A stretch of 64,000 nucleotides of DNA from a phage. Below, piece after piece: positions 10,659 through 20,331 of the stretch. A program made the translations under genes and the position numbers. The notes below the pieces were generated by a model. The model saw nothing but the letters and a program-made list of their open reading frames with translations, did not search any database and was not told the origin of the DNA. Positions within the stretch are counted from its first letter, which is position 1; the number at the start of each line of letters is the position of its first letter. The stretch is from NCBI GenBank assembly GCA_014816185.1, contig GCA_014816185.1_4095.1, one strand, 5' to 3'.

Positions 10659-10910
10659 ATGAACATCGATAAGGTCAAAGAACTTAGTGCTGCACTAATT
10701 AAGAATGAAGAAGTTTGTGAAGAACTTCGCAGTACTATCAAAGTTGAGTACGCACGACTCCAAGGTATGCTTCAAGAATCAGAATGGGTAGTAACTAAAT
10801 CTATCGAAGCAATCTATAAGGATATCGAATCCCTTTTCAACAAGAAAAGTAAGATTGAATCTGATTCATATAACAAACGTAAAGAGTTATCTACTGCACT
10901 TGGTATCTAA
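10659..10910 (+). CDS. hypothetical protein
   Basis: AAGGAA SD; downstream of consensus promoter. Confidence 0.6.
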   Translation: MNIDKVKELSAALIKNEEVCEELRSTIKVEYARLQGMLQESEWVVTKSIEAIYKDIESLFNKKSKIESDSYNKRKELSTALGI

Positions 10911-10984
10911 AAGTATTTGAGATAACAAATAATATGGAGTACAATGTGCTCCTAATTTAATTATCAGCTAAAAAGGAAAACATT

Positions 10985-11245
10985 ATGAAATCTATTCTCG
11001 TTGCAGTTAACCTGGTTGCTTACCCATCTTTCAACTTCAAACAAGTTGTTGCTGATAATCTGAAGAAGATCTGTCCAAACGCTGAATTAACTTTCTGTGT
11101 GTTTGATTCAGAAAAAGTAACTAAAGTTGATCTAAACTATCTTTTGAACGAAGTAAAAAGCGTTTCTGGTGAAAGTAACTTAAAAGTTCTTCATGATATT
11201 GCAGAAGATTATGATGACACTCTAGTAATTTCGGAGAAATTCTAA
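10985..11245 (+). CDS. hypothetical protein
   Basis: AAGGAAA SD. Confidence 0.6.
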   Translation: MKSILVAVNLVAYPSFNFKQVVADNLKKICPNAELTFCVFDSEKVTKVDLNYLLNEVKSVSGESNLKVLHDIAEDYDDTLVISEKF

Positions 11246-11250
11246 ATCAA

Positions 11251-11670
11251 ATGATTACATTCATTCAGTACTTAATCATTAAATTTTTTGGCTATCATAC
11301 GATTGAAGGCAAAGCTACACTCGCACATAAAATCTTTGTAGCATTATGTACGGGTGATTATGACGTATTGAATAAGTACTGTAAATCTAAAGCATGTATT
11401 GATATAATGGCACTTCGTATCTATGAGTGCCGTTCCAATAGATACAATTTTTACCAATACAGATTTGATGAAAAAGAATTTGATAGCATCAAAATGCTAA
11501 AGAATTTATGTAACAATAAAAAGAATATGCATATATCAGAATTTGTTGCTTTGTATTTTTATTTAAAAAGTTCATTGTATATGAACACAATGCAAAGATT
11601 CGATACTAGAATTAATGTATTCACCGATAAAGAATTTTATATATACGATAAATTCTTAGATAAGGTTTAA
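11251..11670 (+). CDS. hypothetical protein
   Basis: ORF in operon context. Confidence 0.5.
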   Translation: MITFIQYLIIKFFGYHTIEGKATLAHKIFVALCTGDYDVLNKYCKSKACIDIMALRIYECRSNRYNFYQYRFDEKEFDSIKMLKNLCNNKKNMHISEFVALYFYLKSSLYMNTMQRFDTRINVFTDKEFYIYDKFLDKV

Positions 11671-11671
11671 T

Positions 11672-12169
11672 ATGACAACTGTTTATATTGATAAACGATT
11701 AAATTTATTGATTACCGATTCTAGAGTTACGTCAACTATACCACGAAACTTATTTGGTTTTTTCCCACTAAGACCAAAATATCAATATGGAGTTGTTAAT
11801 CAAAAAACTTTATATGTACATGACCGTTTATTCAGTGCTAGTGGGGTAGTAAGTGAAATTGATAAAGTACTGGATTGGTTAATTAATAAAGTACCAGTTA
11901 TACCTGACAGAAAGTTAAGTTGCCATTGTGTGCTTCTTTCTAAAGATTATGTTATTCATATGATTTTAACTAAAGGAAAGTTTATTAAAAAACTTGAATA
12001 TCTACATGAAGACTACACTTTCTTTATGGGAAGTGGTGGAGAATACATGCTAGATGCTGCTATTCATGAAGAACATACAACTTTATATGATAAAGTGTTT
12101 AGTACTTTCATGGATGTGCACAACCATGATTGTTTCACAGATGATAATATTAATGTATATCGATTTTGA
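11672..12169 (+). CDS. hypothetical protein
   Basis: SD AAGG. Confidence 0.55.
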   Translation: MTTVYIDKRLNLLITDSRVTSTIPRNLFGFFPLRPKYQYGVVNQKTLYVHDRLFSASGVVSEIDKVLDWLINKVPVIPDRKLSCHCVLLSKDYVIHMILTKGKFIKKLEYLHEDYTFFMGSGGEYMLDAAIHEEHTTLYDKVFSTFMDVHNHDCFTDDNINVYRF

Positions 12170-12190
12170 TTTCGTCATTAGGAGATGTAA

Positions 12191-13156
12191 GTGAAAAAGC
12201 TTGATTTAAATACAATTGCCGAAGAAGTTCTGGATGAATGTTTTGCTAATGAAGAAGTCAACACACTAGAAGCCTTAGATTTCGTTGAAGATAAAGATGA
12301 AAATGAAGGTAAAGTACAAAGCAGTTTCAAATATAATATTACACTTAAGCGACCACCAAATGTTTCCAATGAAGATCTAATTCGTGATATTCAAGCTGGT
12401 ATCAATGTAAAGAAAAACACTGAACTGTTAGTTCGTTACAATTATGGACTGATTATTGATGTAGCAAGTAAATGTACTTGTTATATCCCATTTGAAGATA
12501 AGATTTCATATGGTGTTGAGGGGTTCATGAGAGCACTAAAAACCTTTGATCTTAATAAGAATGTTAAGTTCATTACCTATGCTTCTTCTAGTATTTACAT
12601 GACAGTCTATAACGAAAGTTCTGACGCTAACTATATGGTACACTTCCCACGTTATATGAGTGTTCATAAGATCAAAGTAAAAAGATTCTGTCAGGAATAT
12701 ATGCGTAAACATGGTGTTCGCCCAACTCCTGAAATAATCTCAGAGGGTACTGGGATTGAGATTCAGCATGTTAATAATTGTTTGTTATTTCAAAGCGAAT
12801 ACACTTCGCTGGATGCACCATTAGACGGTGTTACAGATGGTACATTAGGTGACATTATTCATTCACCTGCTTCTGATTTTAACCTCAATGTTGATAGTAT
12901 CCGTGCACCTTTGCGTTATGCTATCAATGAACTGACCAACGAATTGAGTACTAAAGAACGTGAGATTATCCAGCGTGTTCATGGTCTAGGTGAATATGAA
13001 CCTGAAACGCTTCGTGAGATTACTGATAATGGTTTTGTTGATGATAATGGAAAATATGTTAAATCCCGTTCATCAATACACCGAAAGTACAGTGAAGCTA
13101 TGCAAAAGCTTAAGAAGTTAGTACTTGCAAAAGGGTACGAATACGAAGATTTCTAA
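12191..13156 (+). CDS. putative sigma70-family sigma factor
   Basis: GTG start with AGGAG SD; region-2-like segment LVRYNYGLIIDVASKC...GVEGFMRALKTFDLNKNVKFITYASSSI and region-4-like C-terminus; recognised by eye only. Confidence 0.5.
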   Translation: MKKLDLNTIAEEVLDECFANEEVNTLEALDFVEDKDENEGKVQSSFKYNITLKRPPNVSNEDLIRDIQAGINVKKNTELLVRYNYGLIIDVASKCTCYIPFEDKISYGVEGFMRALKTFDLNKNVKFITYASSSIYMTVYNESSDANYMVHFPRYMSVHKIKVKRFCQEYMRKHGVRPTPEIISEGTGIEIQHVNNCLLFQSEYTSLDAPLDGVTDGTLGDIIHSPASDFNLNVDSIRAPLRYAINELTNELSTKEREIIQRVHGLGEYEPETLREITDNGFVDDNGKYVKSRSSIHRKYSEAMQKLKKLVLAKGYEYEDF

Positions 13157-13164
13157 AGAACAAG

Positions 13165-13189
13165 GGTTGGCTTATGCCAACCTTTTTTT
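13165..13189 (+). terminator. rho-independent terminator
   Basis: GGTTGGC-TTAT-GCCAACC followed by TTTTTTT. Confidence 0.6.
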
Positions 13190-13714
13190 ATGGGATGAAG
13201 TAAAAGTTTGTGATATAATTATCTTGTACAATTCTGTTGGCATGATATTCATGTACCTGATCCACTCGAAAACGTAGAGGGCAGTTGAGCAGTCCGACAG
13301 TGCGAACAGCAAAAGAAACCCGTTAGATGTGGGCATAGTTTGAACCCCTCACGGCAATGCGGCTGTATAAAGAACCACGTTAGGATAGCTGGTGGTTCCT
13401 TGATAGACATATAAGGATAACACCTTACGAATTATCTAAGGGAGAGTTATCGAATTTTGTACAGGAAAGTTGCGTCCAAAATTTGAGTACTCACATTAAG
13501 TATTTGATTGCATAGATACTTAATGAAGATACACTATGTTTAAAAGTGTAGACCGTCATATGAAACTGAAGTAGAGAGAAACAGGATGACCCGCTTTCGC
13601 ACTCGTTATGAGTAATCTTCAATGCAATAGCTCTGATACCATCAGCGTCAAATTTCCCTCCTTGTGGGGGGGAAGAAAAATCCCTTCCTCAAATCCCGTC
13701 AATATTAAAAGTCC

Positions 13715-13743
13715 TTGACAGTTATTAATCATTCGCGTAGAAT
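13715..13743 (+). promoter_or_regulatory. sigma70-like promoter
   Basis: TTGACA - 17 nt - TAGAAT upstream of the 13808 gene. Confidence 0.5.
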
Positions 13744-13807
13744 ACGTAGTATTAGAAGCGAACAGACATCTCGAAGAGATGGATGATTAACCATTAAGGA
13801 ATATCCA

Positions 13808-14017
13808 ATGAATTCAGTAATCTTTTTAGTAATAGCTTTTTCTGTTAATTCCGGTGTACAAATAACCCCAATGAATTCCATGAATCAATGCATTGCATTA
13901 CGTGATAGTACATACGAACAAGTAAACAAAGATATTTGGATTACAGTTAGTAAAGAACAAATGTGGTGTTACAATAGTAATACTAAAGAGAAACTTATTG
14001 TGGGTCAAACTAAATGA
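13808..14017 (+). CDS. small protein with hydrophobic N-terminus
   Basis: AAGGAA SD. Confidence 0.55.
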   Translation: MNSVIFLVIAFSVNSGVQITPMNSMNQCIALRDSTYEQVNKDIWITVSKEQMWCYNSNTKEKLIVGQTK

Positions 14018-14244
14018 GTTATGGTGTTCGTTTTGAGATTCGTGCTATTGTTATCAATGACGAGAAACAAGCATCATTAGATGGTGATATACGAGAATTA
14101 TATCTATCATGTATCCGTGCAAAATCTGAAGCCGATGCATTAGCACAAATGTATGGTTTTAACTTTTTTCACGGATACCATTTGGTACGAGTTATCGAAG
14201 TTACAAAAATAATTATAGGTTGTAACAAAGAAGGAATAATATAA
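14014..14244 (+). CDS. hypothetical protein
   Basis: ATGA overlap. Confidence 0.55.
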   Translation: MSYGVRFEIRAIVINDEKQASLDGDIRELYLSCIRAKSEADALAQMYGFNFFHGYHLVRVIEVTKIIIGCNKEGII

Positions 14245-14245
14245 A

Positions 14246-15034
14246 ATGAGCACTATAGATGAATTGATTCGCCGGAATTCAAAATACTACAAACCATCAG
14301 AAATTGTAGGTAACATTACCAAATCAGAGTTTGGTCCAAATACTCGAAAACTCATTCATGTAATGTCACGTGATGGCTTTAAATGTGATTGTTGTGGTGA
14401 ATCCAATGTGGTATTCACTTTACATAAGCACAGTACTAAAGAACGTTATAAATTCAGACCTTATGTACTTAAAGGGAAACGCCTTGTACGCATGACGTTA
14501 GACCATAATGTACTTGACTGTCTTCAGGGCGGTAATGATAAAGAGAACATGACTGCACTGTGTGAAGATTGTAACGCATTACGCCAGCATAAGTTTGCTG
14601 AATACAGTGAGTTTAAACACTGGTATCATAACGCGGATCGTTCAATCGAGCCTGACGTTAACTACTGCTTCATTGAGTACATTAAGAATGCCAAAGATAC
14701 ATACATTCTTAAATCAATGTCACCTATTACCGTGTTTCCTGAGAACCTATTCACTACATTAAAGAATAGTTTTATTGTAGGTGATATTGATGCATTCAAG
14801 TATTTTGACAAAGGTGCAAAACATTTTGAAATTCAATGTCTTAGTACTGCACTATGTGAACTCATTAAAATTTACATAAAAGAGTATTTGGGTATTGACA
14901 ATGTACGTATACCAGAGTATACTTTTTCTATTGAATTCGATTGTGAATCAATCAAAGAGTTTGGAATTCTTTTCAATAAACAAATAGAACTTGCAATTCA
15001 AAACGAAATCAAGTACTATACTACTAACATTTAA
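14246..15034 (+). CDS. HNH endonuclease
   Basis: Cys-rich N-terminus (CDCCGE) and HNH-like motif LDHNVLDCLQGGNDKENMTALCEDCNALRQHK. Confidence 0.6.
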   Translation: MSTIDELIRRNSKYYKPSEIVGNITKSEFGPNTRKLIHVMSRDGFKCDCCGESNVVFTLHKHSTKERYKFRPYVLKGKRLVRMTLDHNVLDCLQGGNDKENMTALCEDCNALRQHKFAEYSEFKHWYHNADRSIEPDVNYCFIEYIKNAKDTYILKSMSPITVFPENLFTTLKNSFIVGDIDAFKYFDKGAKHFEIQCLSTALCELIKIYIKEYLGIDNVRIPEYTFSIEFDCESIKEFGILFNKQIELAIQNEIKYYTTNI

Positions 15035-15049
15035 TCAGAGGAAATTATC

Positions 15050-15232
15050 ATGCAAATTATCATTCTTATCGTTGGCATCATGCTGGGTGTTTACGGTCAC
15101 TCCTGGATGAACGAGAAGTTTCCTAATACGCGTCCTGAGTATTGCAGTTCTGATGTATTCCAGAATGGTGAGAAACCAAAGGAAAGCATTGGTAAAAAGC
15201 TGGATAAAGTACTTGATGTGATCAATGAATAA
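15050..15232 (+). CDS. small membrane protein
   Basis: SD GAGGAA; hydrophobic N-terminus. Confidence 0.5.
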   Translation: MQIIILIVGIMLGVYGHSWMNEKFPNTRPEYCSSDVFQNGEKPKESIGKKLDKVLDVINE

Positions 15233-15242
15233 GGGCCATAAA

Positions 15243-15443
15243 ATGTTTAAACCGAATTCCAATGTTGGTAAGAAAGTTCAATTACTTGAAGATGTATCCA
15301 CCATGAGTGGAATTTTCCCAAGAGGTCACATCATGACTATTATTGCCGAAACATCCCGTGGGTGGGATTTGGAAGATGCTGATGGTAATCGCATCCTTGA
15401 GGCTGGATTCTATGGTCATCGTGAATATAAAATCGTTGATTAA
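15243..15443 (+). CDS. hypothetical protein
   Basis: Start moved to internal ATG (MFKPNS). Confidence 0.5.
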   Translation: MFKPNSNVGKKVQLLEDVSTMSGIFPRGHIMTIIAETSRGWDLEDADGNRILEAGFYGHREYKIVD

Positions 15444-15452
15444 GGATACAAC

Positions 15453-15536
15453 ATGACTTTAGAGATTGTCTTTGGTATTGTTAGCTTAGTCGTCTGTGTG
15501 GGTTGGTTTGGGTATCTGATGATTTTTAGTGATTAA
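15453..15536 (+). CDS. 27-aa hydrophobic micro-protein
   Basis: AAGGA SD 7 nt upstream; MTLEIVFGIVSLVVCVGWFGYLMIFSD; below the ORF-track cutoff. Confidence 0.3.
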   Translation: MTLEIVFGIVSLVVCVGWFGYLMIFSD

Positions 15537-15539
15537 TAC

Positions 15540-15567
15540 TTGACATAAGATATCAGTACTGTATAAT
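15540..15567 (+). promoter_or_regulatory. sigma70-like promoter with CAGTACTG abutting -10
   Basis: TTGACA - 16 nt ending in CAGTACTG - TATAAT. Confidence 0.5.
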
Positions 15568-15612
15568 GTTTATATCAAACGAAATCCACTTTAACAAATG
15601 ATAGGAAATATT

Positions 15613-15891
15613 ATGTCTTTTTCTAAAGAAGAACGTGACCTTATTAAAAAAGCAATTTGGTTTTATGCTAATGAAGGGAAGTGCGATGAAGAAAAAGCAC
15701 GTGAACTGTGTAATATCCTTGAGAAGAAACAAGAACTGAAAGTGTATCGTATCCGTGATTTGGATGAAGGGGATCGTATTGTCCTAGCTGAAACAAAAGA
15801 AGAAGCAGAACAAATCTTCACTGATAAAAACGAAAATCCACATTGGATGGAAGAAGTCTGTGATGTTAAAAAAGGTACTTATATCGATTGA
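15613..15891 (+). CDS. hypothetical protein
   Basis: Start moved to ATG with AGGAAA SD. Confidence 0.55.
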   Translation: MSFSKEERDLIKKAIWFYANEGKCDEEKARELCNILEKKQELKVYRIRDLDEGDRIVLAETKEEAEQIFTDKNENPHWMEEVCDVKKGTYID

Positions 15892-16010
15892 CAGTACTGA
15901 ATAATAGCAGTATTATGTTTTATATAAAAGGGAATGCAGTGAAAGGAAAGACAGCATAATCGTACTCGTCACTGCGTTCCCGCCCTTTTAAATTAAATGA
16001 GGAATTAACT

Positions 16011-16319
16011 ATGTTTCAAACTAACACTCAAGGTTTTGTAATCATCGATTTGAATCAAAACAGCGGTCATTGGATGAAACCTACTGACGCATGTATGCAG
16101 TTTGATTTCTTAGGTTACAAAATTAGTGTAAGTACTGGTGCTTCTGTACTGAGAGGTGGTTGTATCGTTGAACATCTGGTAACTGATCCAGAAGGTCGTG
16201 AGTATGAAATCGCAGGTTCAGTACAAGATGCCATTATGTTTGTATGTCAGCGTGAAATGAATGGTTCGAATTCAAATGCACTGACTCATGCTCTTTCTCA
16301 AGAAGTGGAGGTTCGTTAA
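16011..16319 (+). CDS. hypothetical protein
   Basis: SD GAGGAA. Confidence 0.6.
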   Translation: MFQTNTQGFVIIDLNQNSGHWMKPTDACMQFDFLGYKISVSTGASVLRGGCIVEHLVTDPEGREYEIAGSVQDAIMFVCQREMNGSNSNALTHALSQEVEVR

Positions 16320-16564
16320 TGAAATACATTTTAGCAGTACTCGTCGCATTTCTACTCACTGCATGTGATGCTTCTACCAAAGAACGTACAAGTGATTTTG
16401 TTCTACCTGCTGAATTAAAAGAAGCAGGGTGTAAGATTTATCGTATGCAACAAGATGGTGCTGGTGCGACTTTATACACTGTGTACTGTCCTAATGCAAA
16501 TACAAGTACTGGATACACTAGCGGTAAAACACGAATCAACACTTCCGTAATTCATGGAGAATAA
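16319..16564 (+). CDS. putative lipoprotein
   Basis: Signal peptide with lipobox LTAC (MKYILAVLVAFLLTAC). Confidence 0.6.
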   Translation: MKYILAVLVAFLLTACDASTKERTSDFVLPAELKEAGCKIYRMQQDGAGATLYTVYCPNANTSTGYTSGKTRINTSVIHGE

Positions 16565-16566
16565 CA

Positions 16567-16935
16567 ATGAGCCTTGATACAACACGTGCAGCAGATTTAT
16601 TAACTCGTCTGAATGATGAAGAATATCTTGCTGAGATAAAGTACAAGCTTGACAAACTTGTTCGAAGTGCTGAAGTAATTGAAGTTGAAGGTCACTTACC
16701 GATGGATCAATACCATAGGTTCAAGGAAGATATGGTTTATTATCCTAATGAAATTTGGATTGAGTGGCAACATTGGACTAACAAAACTCTTCGCATTGAA
16801 GGGTATTGTGTGAAGTATGAAAGTTCACCTGGTGATGTTACAAAAACTCTATCAATTTGGTGTACAAAAACAAATGAACTCGTTGAGGTGAATTTGAATT
16901 ATATGAATGGATTCCGTTGGGGTGATGTTAAATGA
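16567..16935 (+). CDS. hypothetical protein
   Basis: SD GGAGA. Confidence 0.6.
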   Translation: MSLDTTRAADLLTRLNDEEYLAEIKYKLDKLVRSAEVIEVEGHLPMDQYHRFKEDMVYYPNEIWIEWQHWTNKTLRIEGYCVKYESSPGDVTKTLSIWCTKTNELVEVNLNYMNGFRWGDVK

Positions 16936-17207
16936 TTAAAAAACTCTTGACTGGAATCATTGTGTGCAGTACAATGTTTCTTACAGCATGTAATGATGAC
17001 GGCAGGTTTAGTGCAAAAGACTTAGTTCGTCAGGATTGTACATTCACAGGTAAGTCTTTTATTAACGAGTATGAAATATGTACACAATCAGGTCGTATCT
17101 GTGGTGGTTGGGAAAAACGTCAGGAGCGATTGTATGTATATGAATGCCCTGGACATCACAACAAAGTACTAAGCACACACAAACTTGTTTATGATAAGGT
17201 TGAATAA
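16932..17207 (+). CDS. putative lipoprotein
   Basis: ATGA overlap; signal peptide with lipobox LTAC. Confidence 0.6.
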   Translation: MIKKLLTGIIVCSTMFLTACNDDGRFSAKDLVRQDCTFTGKSFINEYEICTQSGRICGGWEKRQERLYVYECPGHHNKVLSTHKLVYDKVE

Positions 17208-17422
17208 TGACTACCAATGAAATGATGCAGGTTATTTGGGATAAAGGTTGTGATATTAAAATCACTAGTACTGATGTTCGTGTATTCAAAACTGAATATA
17301 TGGAGTACTTGGATCTTGATACTTATAATAATATTGTATCAATCGAACACAAAGGTGCAGTACTGGAAACGATTGATGTAGTACTCAAGAAAGCTACCGA
17401 CCTATTAGGAGTGGCAGTGTGA
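17207..17422 (+). CDS. hypothetical protein
   Basis: TAATG overlap. Confidence 0.55.
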   Translation: MTTNEMMQVIWDKGCDIKITSTDVRVFKTEYMEYLDLDTYNNIVSIEHKGAVLETIDVVLKKATDLLGVAV

Positions 17423-17565
17423 ATAACAAAGAGTGGGAAGATTACCGCAAGAAGTGCCGAGAGTTTGATAAAGAACTCACAGGTGCAGTGAACGGGGTAA
17501 TGTGGGTATCTGCAATTATTGCAGTACTTGGTTTGGGTGCTATTATTATTAATAAATTATTGTAA
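17419..17565 (+). CDS. 48-aa protein with C-terminal TM segment
   Basis: GTG start overlapping upstream stop, AGGAG SD; below ORF-track cutoff. Confidence 0.35.
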   Translation: MNNKEWEDYRKKCREFDKELTGAVNGVMWVSAIIAVLGLGAIIINKLL

Positions 17566-17573
17566 GGACTAAT

Positions 17574-17774
17574 ATGTTTACTTTATATCTTGCAGTAGTA
17601 CTAACTAATGGTGAAATCACTCGCACCGTTGGTGAAGGTGTATATAAAACACCTGATCAGTGTTACTCTGCAACTCATTGGCCTCGTGATGCTGGTGATG
17701 AATCTCGCACTGAATACAAATGTATGAAGGTTAAAGGTGACTTTGTAAATCTAAAGGTTATTGAGACTAAGTAA
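17574..17774 (+). CDS. hypothetical protein
   Basis: SD AAGGA. Confidence 0.55.
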   Translation: MFTLYLAVVLTNGEITRTVGEGVYKTPDQCYSATHWPRDAGDESRTEYKCMKVKGDFVNLKVIETK

Positions 17775-18292
17775 TGGATATTAATGAGTTGTTGAAATTA
17801 GTGTTTAATCGTGAACGCCGCGATACAAGACCAATTGAATATCAAGATGTGATATGCATTGAAACTGATTTCTGTTATGGTAAAACAACTCATGACCTTT
17901 TGAATCTCTCTGGAAAACGCTATGCTGATGTTTGTTTTTCAGAGAGAAGTGATGGTTCAGAAATAACGAGTACTGATATTGTTTGTTACGCACGCAGTGC
18001 TGATAAATCTTATGAAATAGAACTTATATATTCCCCTAGTTCTAAAACAAATCATCACCGCCATATTTTATATGATGTTTACACACCACCTGGTATTGCT
18101 GAATATTTTGTTATTGATTATAGTACTGAAGAAAATGTGTTTCAACAAAGTTTGATTCATAACTTTGAGGTTAATGATCCATTAGTGCCAAAGTTATTCA
18201 AACTACTTGACACCATCGATGTTGATTTTGAATTTGTTATGTGTATTAGAACTTCTTTATTCAATGAATTCATGGAACTTTTTAATATATGA
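17774..18292 (+). CDS. hypothetical protein
   Basis: TAATG overlap. Confidence 0.6.
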   Translation: MDINELLKLVFNRERRDTRPIEYQDVICIETDFCYGKTTHDLLNLSGKRYADVCFSERSDGSEITSTDIVCYARSADKSYEIELIYSPSSKTNHHRHILYDVYTPPGIAEYFVIDYSTEENVFQQSLIHNFEVNDPLVPKLFKLLDTIDVDFEFVMCIRTSLFNEFMELFNI

Positions 18293-18510
18293 ATAGATAC
18301 TATGTTGTGTATGAACACGTCTCTGAATTTAATAACATACGAGGTTATTCCAGAGTTGTCACAAAGATGGATGTATTCATTCGTGCTCTTAGTGAAGTGG
18401 ATGCACTGTTTAAATTGTTTGATGAAATTACAAAGTATAACACACCCAAAACACACCGCTATGTGGAAACTGTACATAGCATTATGCTAACTGAAAGTGA
18501 TGAGGAATGA
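18289..18510 (+). CDS. hypothetical protein
   Basis: ATGA overlap. Confidence 0.55.
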   Translation: MNRYYVVYEHVSEFNNIRGYSRVVTKMDVFIRALSEVDALFKLFDEITKYNTPKTHRYVETVHSIMLTESDEE

Positions 18511-18513
18511 TAA

Positions 18514-18732
18514 ATGAATTTATATCTAGTTGAAGGTTTAGTACAAGTCTATAAACCAGAAGGTGAAGGTCAACGTTTTTCACACGTAGAAGAATTTAAG
18601 TACGTTGTACAGGCTGATGGTCAGTACGATGCGGAAATTCAAGTAGATGAATCATTCCGTAAGAAAAATGAAATTGGTAAATTTCAATACCAGAACTTAC
18701 AATATAAAGTATGGCCTAGTATAAATGACTAA
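18514..18732 (+). CDS. hypothetical protein
   Basis: SD GAGGAA. Confidence 0.55.
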   Translation: MNLYLVEGLVQVYKPEGEGQRFSHVEEFKYVVQADGQYDAEIQVDESFRKKNEIGKFQYQNLQYKVWPSIND

Positions 18733-18940
18733 GATGTGGTGGTGTCATGGTGTATATAACGTGTATGTAAATGGTAGATATAAAATGTCTAGTACCTATG
18801 CAAGACGTGTTAATGCGAACAACCAAGTTGATGCTGCTTGTGAGATCATTGAGTGGTATGCTGAGTTCAATGCACCTGACTATATGTACGAAATAGTTAC
18901 AATAAATGTTGTACAAATCGATACATCTTTGATACAATAA
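18725..18940 (+). CDS. hypothetical protein
   Basis: Short overlap with upstream gene. Confidence 0.45.
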   Translation: MTKMWWCHGVYNVYVNGRYKMSSTYARRVNANNQVDAACEIIEWYAEFNAPDYMYEIVTINVVQIDTSLIQ

Positions 18941-18972
18941 CCACATCAAAAAAATTGCATCTGAGGATACTT

Positions 18973-19635
18973 ATGTTAGTTAATCTTAATTTCATCACTT
19001 CACCTGACTGGGCATTACGTGGAGTTTCTTTAAACTTCAAGGAAACTATGTTTGACTACATTGGTGAGTGTACATTGGTAAATGCAACTTTTGATCCAAA
19101 TCATCCGTTTTGGGCTGAAATTCATGATCCAAATGTAAACAACAATACATCTGTTATGACTATTGTCCAGACTAAACATGCAGGTATCCTTGCAGGTTAT
19201 CGACCTGCACATGCAATTGAACACTTCACTGATTACGATGTCGTGGATGAATACCCAATGATCCATGAAGATGGAAGTCTATACACATCTGAAGACTTCC
19301 GTGCTATCTTTAATAGTACTGATGATATTCTACCAAGTGGACGTCCACGTCCTGAGTCTTATCTTATGCATCCATCTTATGGTGTAGCAGATACGCTTGA
19401 ACAGATTATGAATAAGTACAAGAACCTAATTGAAGGTCCAGAAGAAATTGTCCTGTGCTATCACCCAGTACTGAAGTCTGAACAACCAAAGGATGGTGGA
19501 TGGCGTTGGCATAAGAATGGTGAGTATATCGGTACTAAACGAAGTAAAGAACGTTTTGAGTACTTGTATGATGAGCCAGATGTTGATGTGGTTTTGTGTT
19601 ATAATTTTATTAAGGTGAAAAAGAAATGTATCTAG
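18973..19635 (+). CDS. hypothetical protein
   Basis: Start moved to ATG after GAGGA SD. Confidence 0.55.
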   Translation: MLVNLNFITSPDWALRGVSLNFKETMFDYIGECTLVNATFDPNHPFWAEIHDPNVNNNTSVMTIVQTKHAGILAGYRPAHAIEHFTDYDVVDEYPMIHEDGSLYTSEDFRAIFNSTDDILPSGRPRPESYLMHPSYGVADTLEQIMNKYKNLIEGPEEIVLCYHPVLKSEQPKDGGWRWHKNGEYIGTKRSKERFEYLYDEPDVDVVLCYNFIKVKKKCI

Positions 19636-19868
19636 TACTAAGTTTTGTTGTTGCACTATTGTTTATGTTCTATCCTACACTAGTGGCATTAGCCACTAGA
19701 CGAACGATGGTAGATCTCACTACTGTATTCTTGCTAAACGTGGCATTAGTACTGGTTTCTATTATCATTCCAGTGAGCTTTACAGTTATTGATATTATTT
19801 CGGTATTACTCTTCGTGTTAAGTTATCTTATGCTTATTGAAGAAACAAATGTTGACAAACGTTCGTAG
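19626..19868 (+). CDS. membrane protein
   Basis: Two hydrophobic segments; SD AAGGTG. Confidence 0.5.
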   Translation: MYLVLSFVVALLFMFYPTLVALATRRTMVDLTTVFLLNVALVLVSIIIPVSFTVIDIISVLLFVLSYLMLIEETNVDKRS

Positions 19869-19926
19869 TACTATATAATGGTTCCTGTAGTCTGAAACTT
19901 AACACTTAAACTTGAGGTAAAAAAAT

Positions 19927-20253
19927 ATGCTATCAGTACTAATTTCAATTCCGTCTTTAATTCTGATTTGGCTTCTGGTTTACGAATGCTTCATTACTGA
20001 TGATAATGATAAAAAAGAGTTCTCTGAGTTGTTTATGCTTGATTCACCGATTGTGCGTATTTTCTATGCAGTCGTTGTGGTTTCAGTAATTGTATGGGTT
20101 TTGAGTTTTATCTTCCCACTCGGTGCAGTAGTTAAAACTTTGGATTTAGTTGAGAACTTTGTTGCAATTATGTGGCTAATCAAAGCACTATTTGCAGGAA
20201 ATGTTAAAATTTGGATTGATATTATCAAATTCAAGTTCACGAATAAGATGTAA
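19927..20253 (+). CDS. membrane protein
   Basis: SD GAGGTAA; hydrophobic. Confidence 0.55.
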   Translation: MLSVLISIPSLILIWLLVYECFITDDNDKKEFSELFMLDSPIVRIFYAVVVVSVIVWVLSFIFPLGAVVKTLDLVENFVAIMWLIKALFAGNVKIWIDIIKFKFTNKM

Positions 20254-20331
20254 CAGTGAAAATATCTCTATAGTATTAAATACTTCTGTACATATATATA
20301 GTACAGAAGTATTTCTCGTTAGAGGTTTGTT

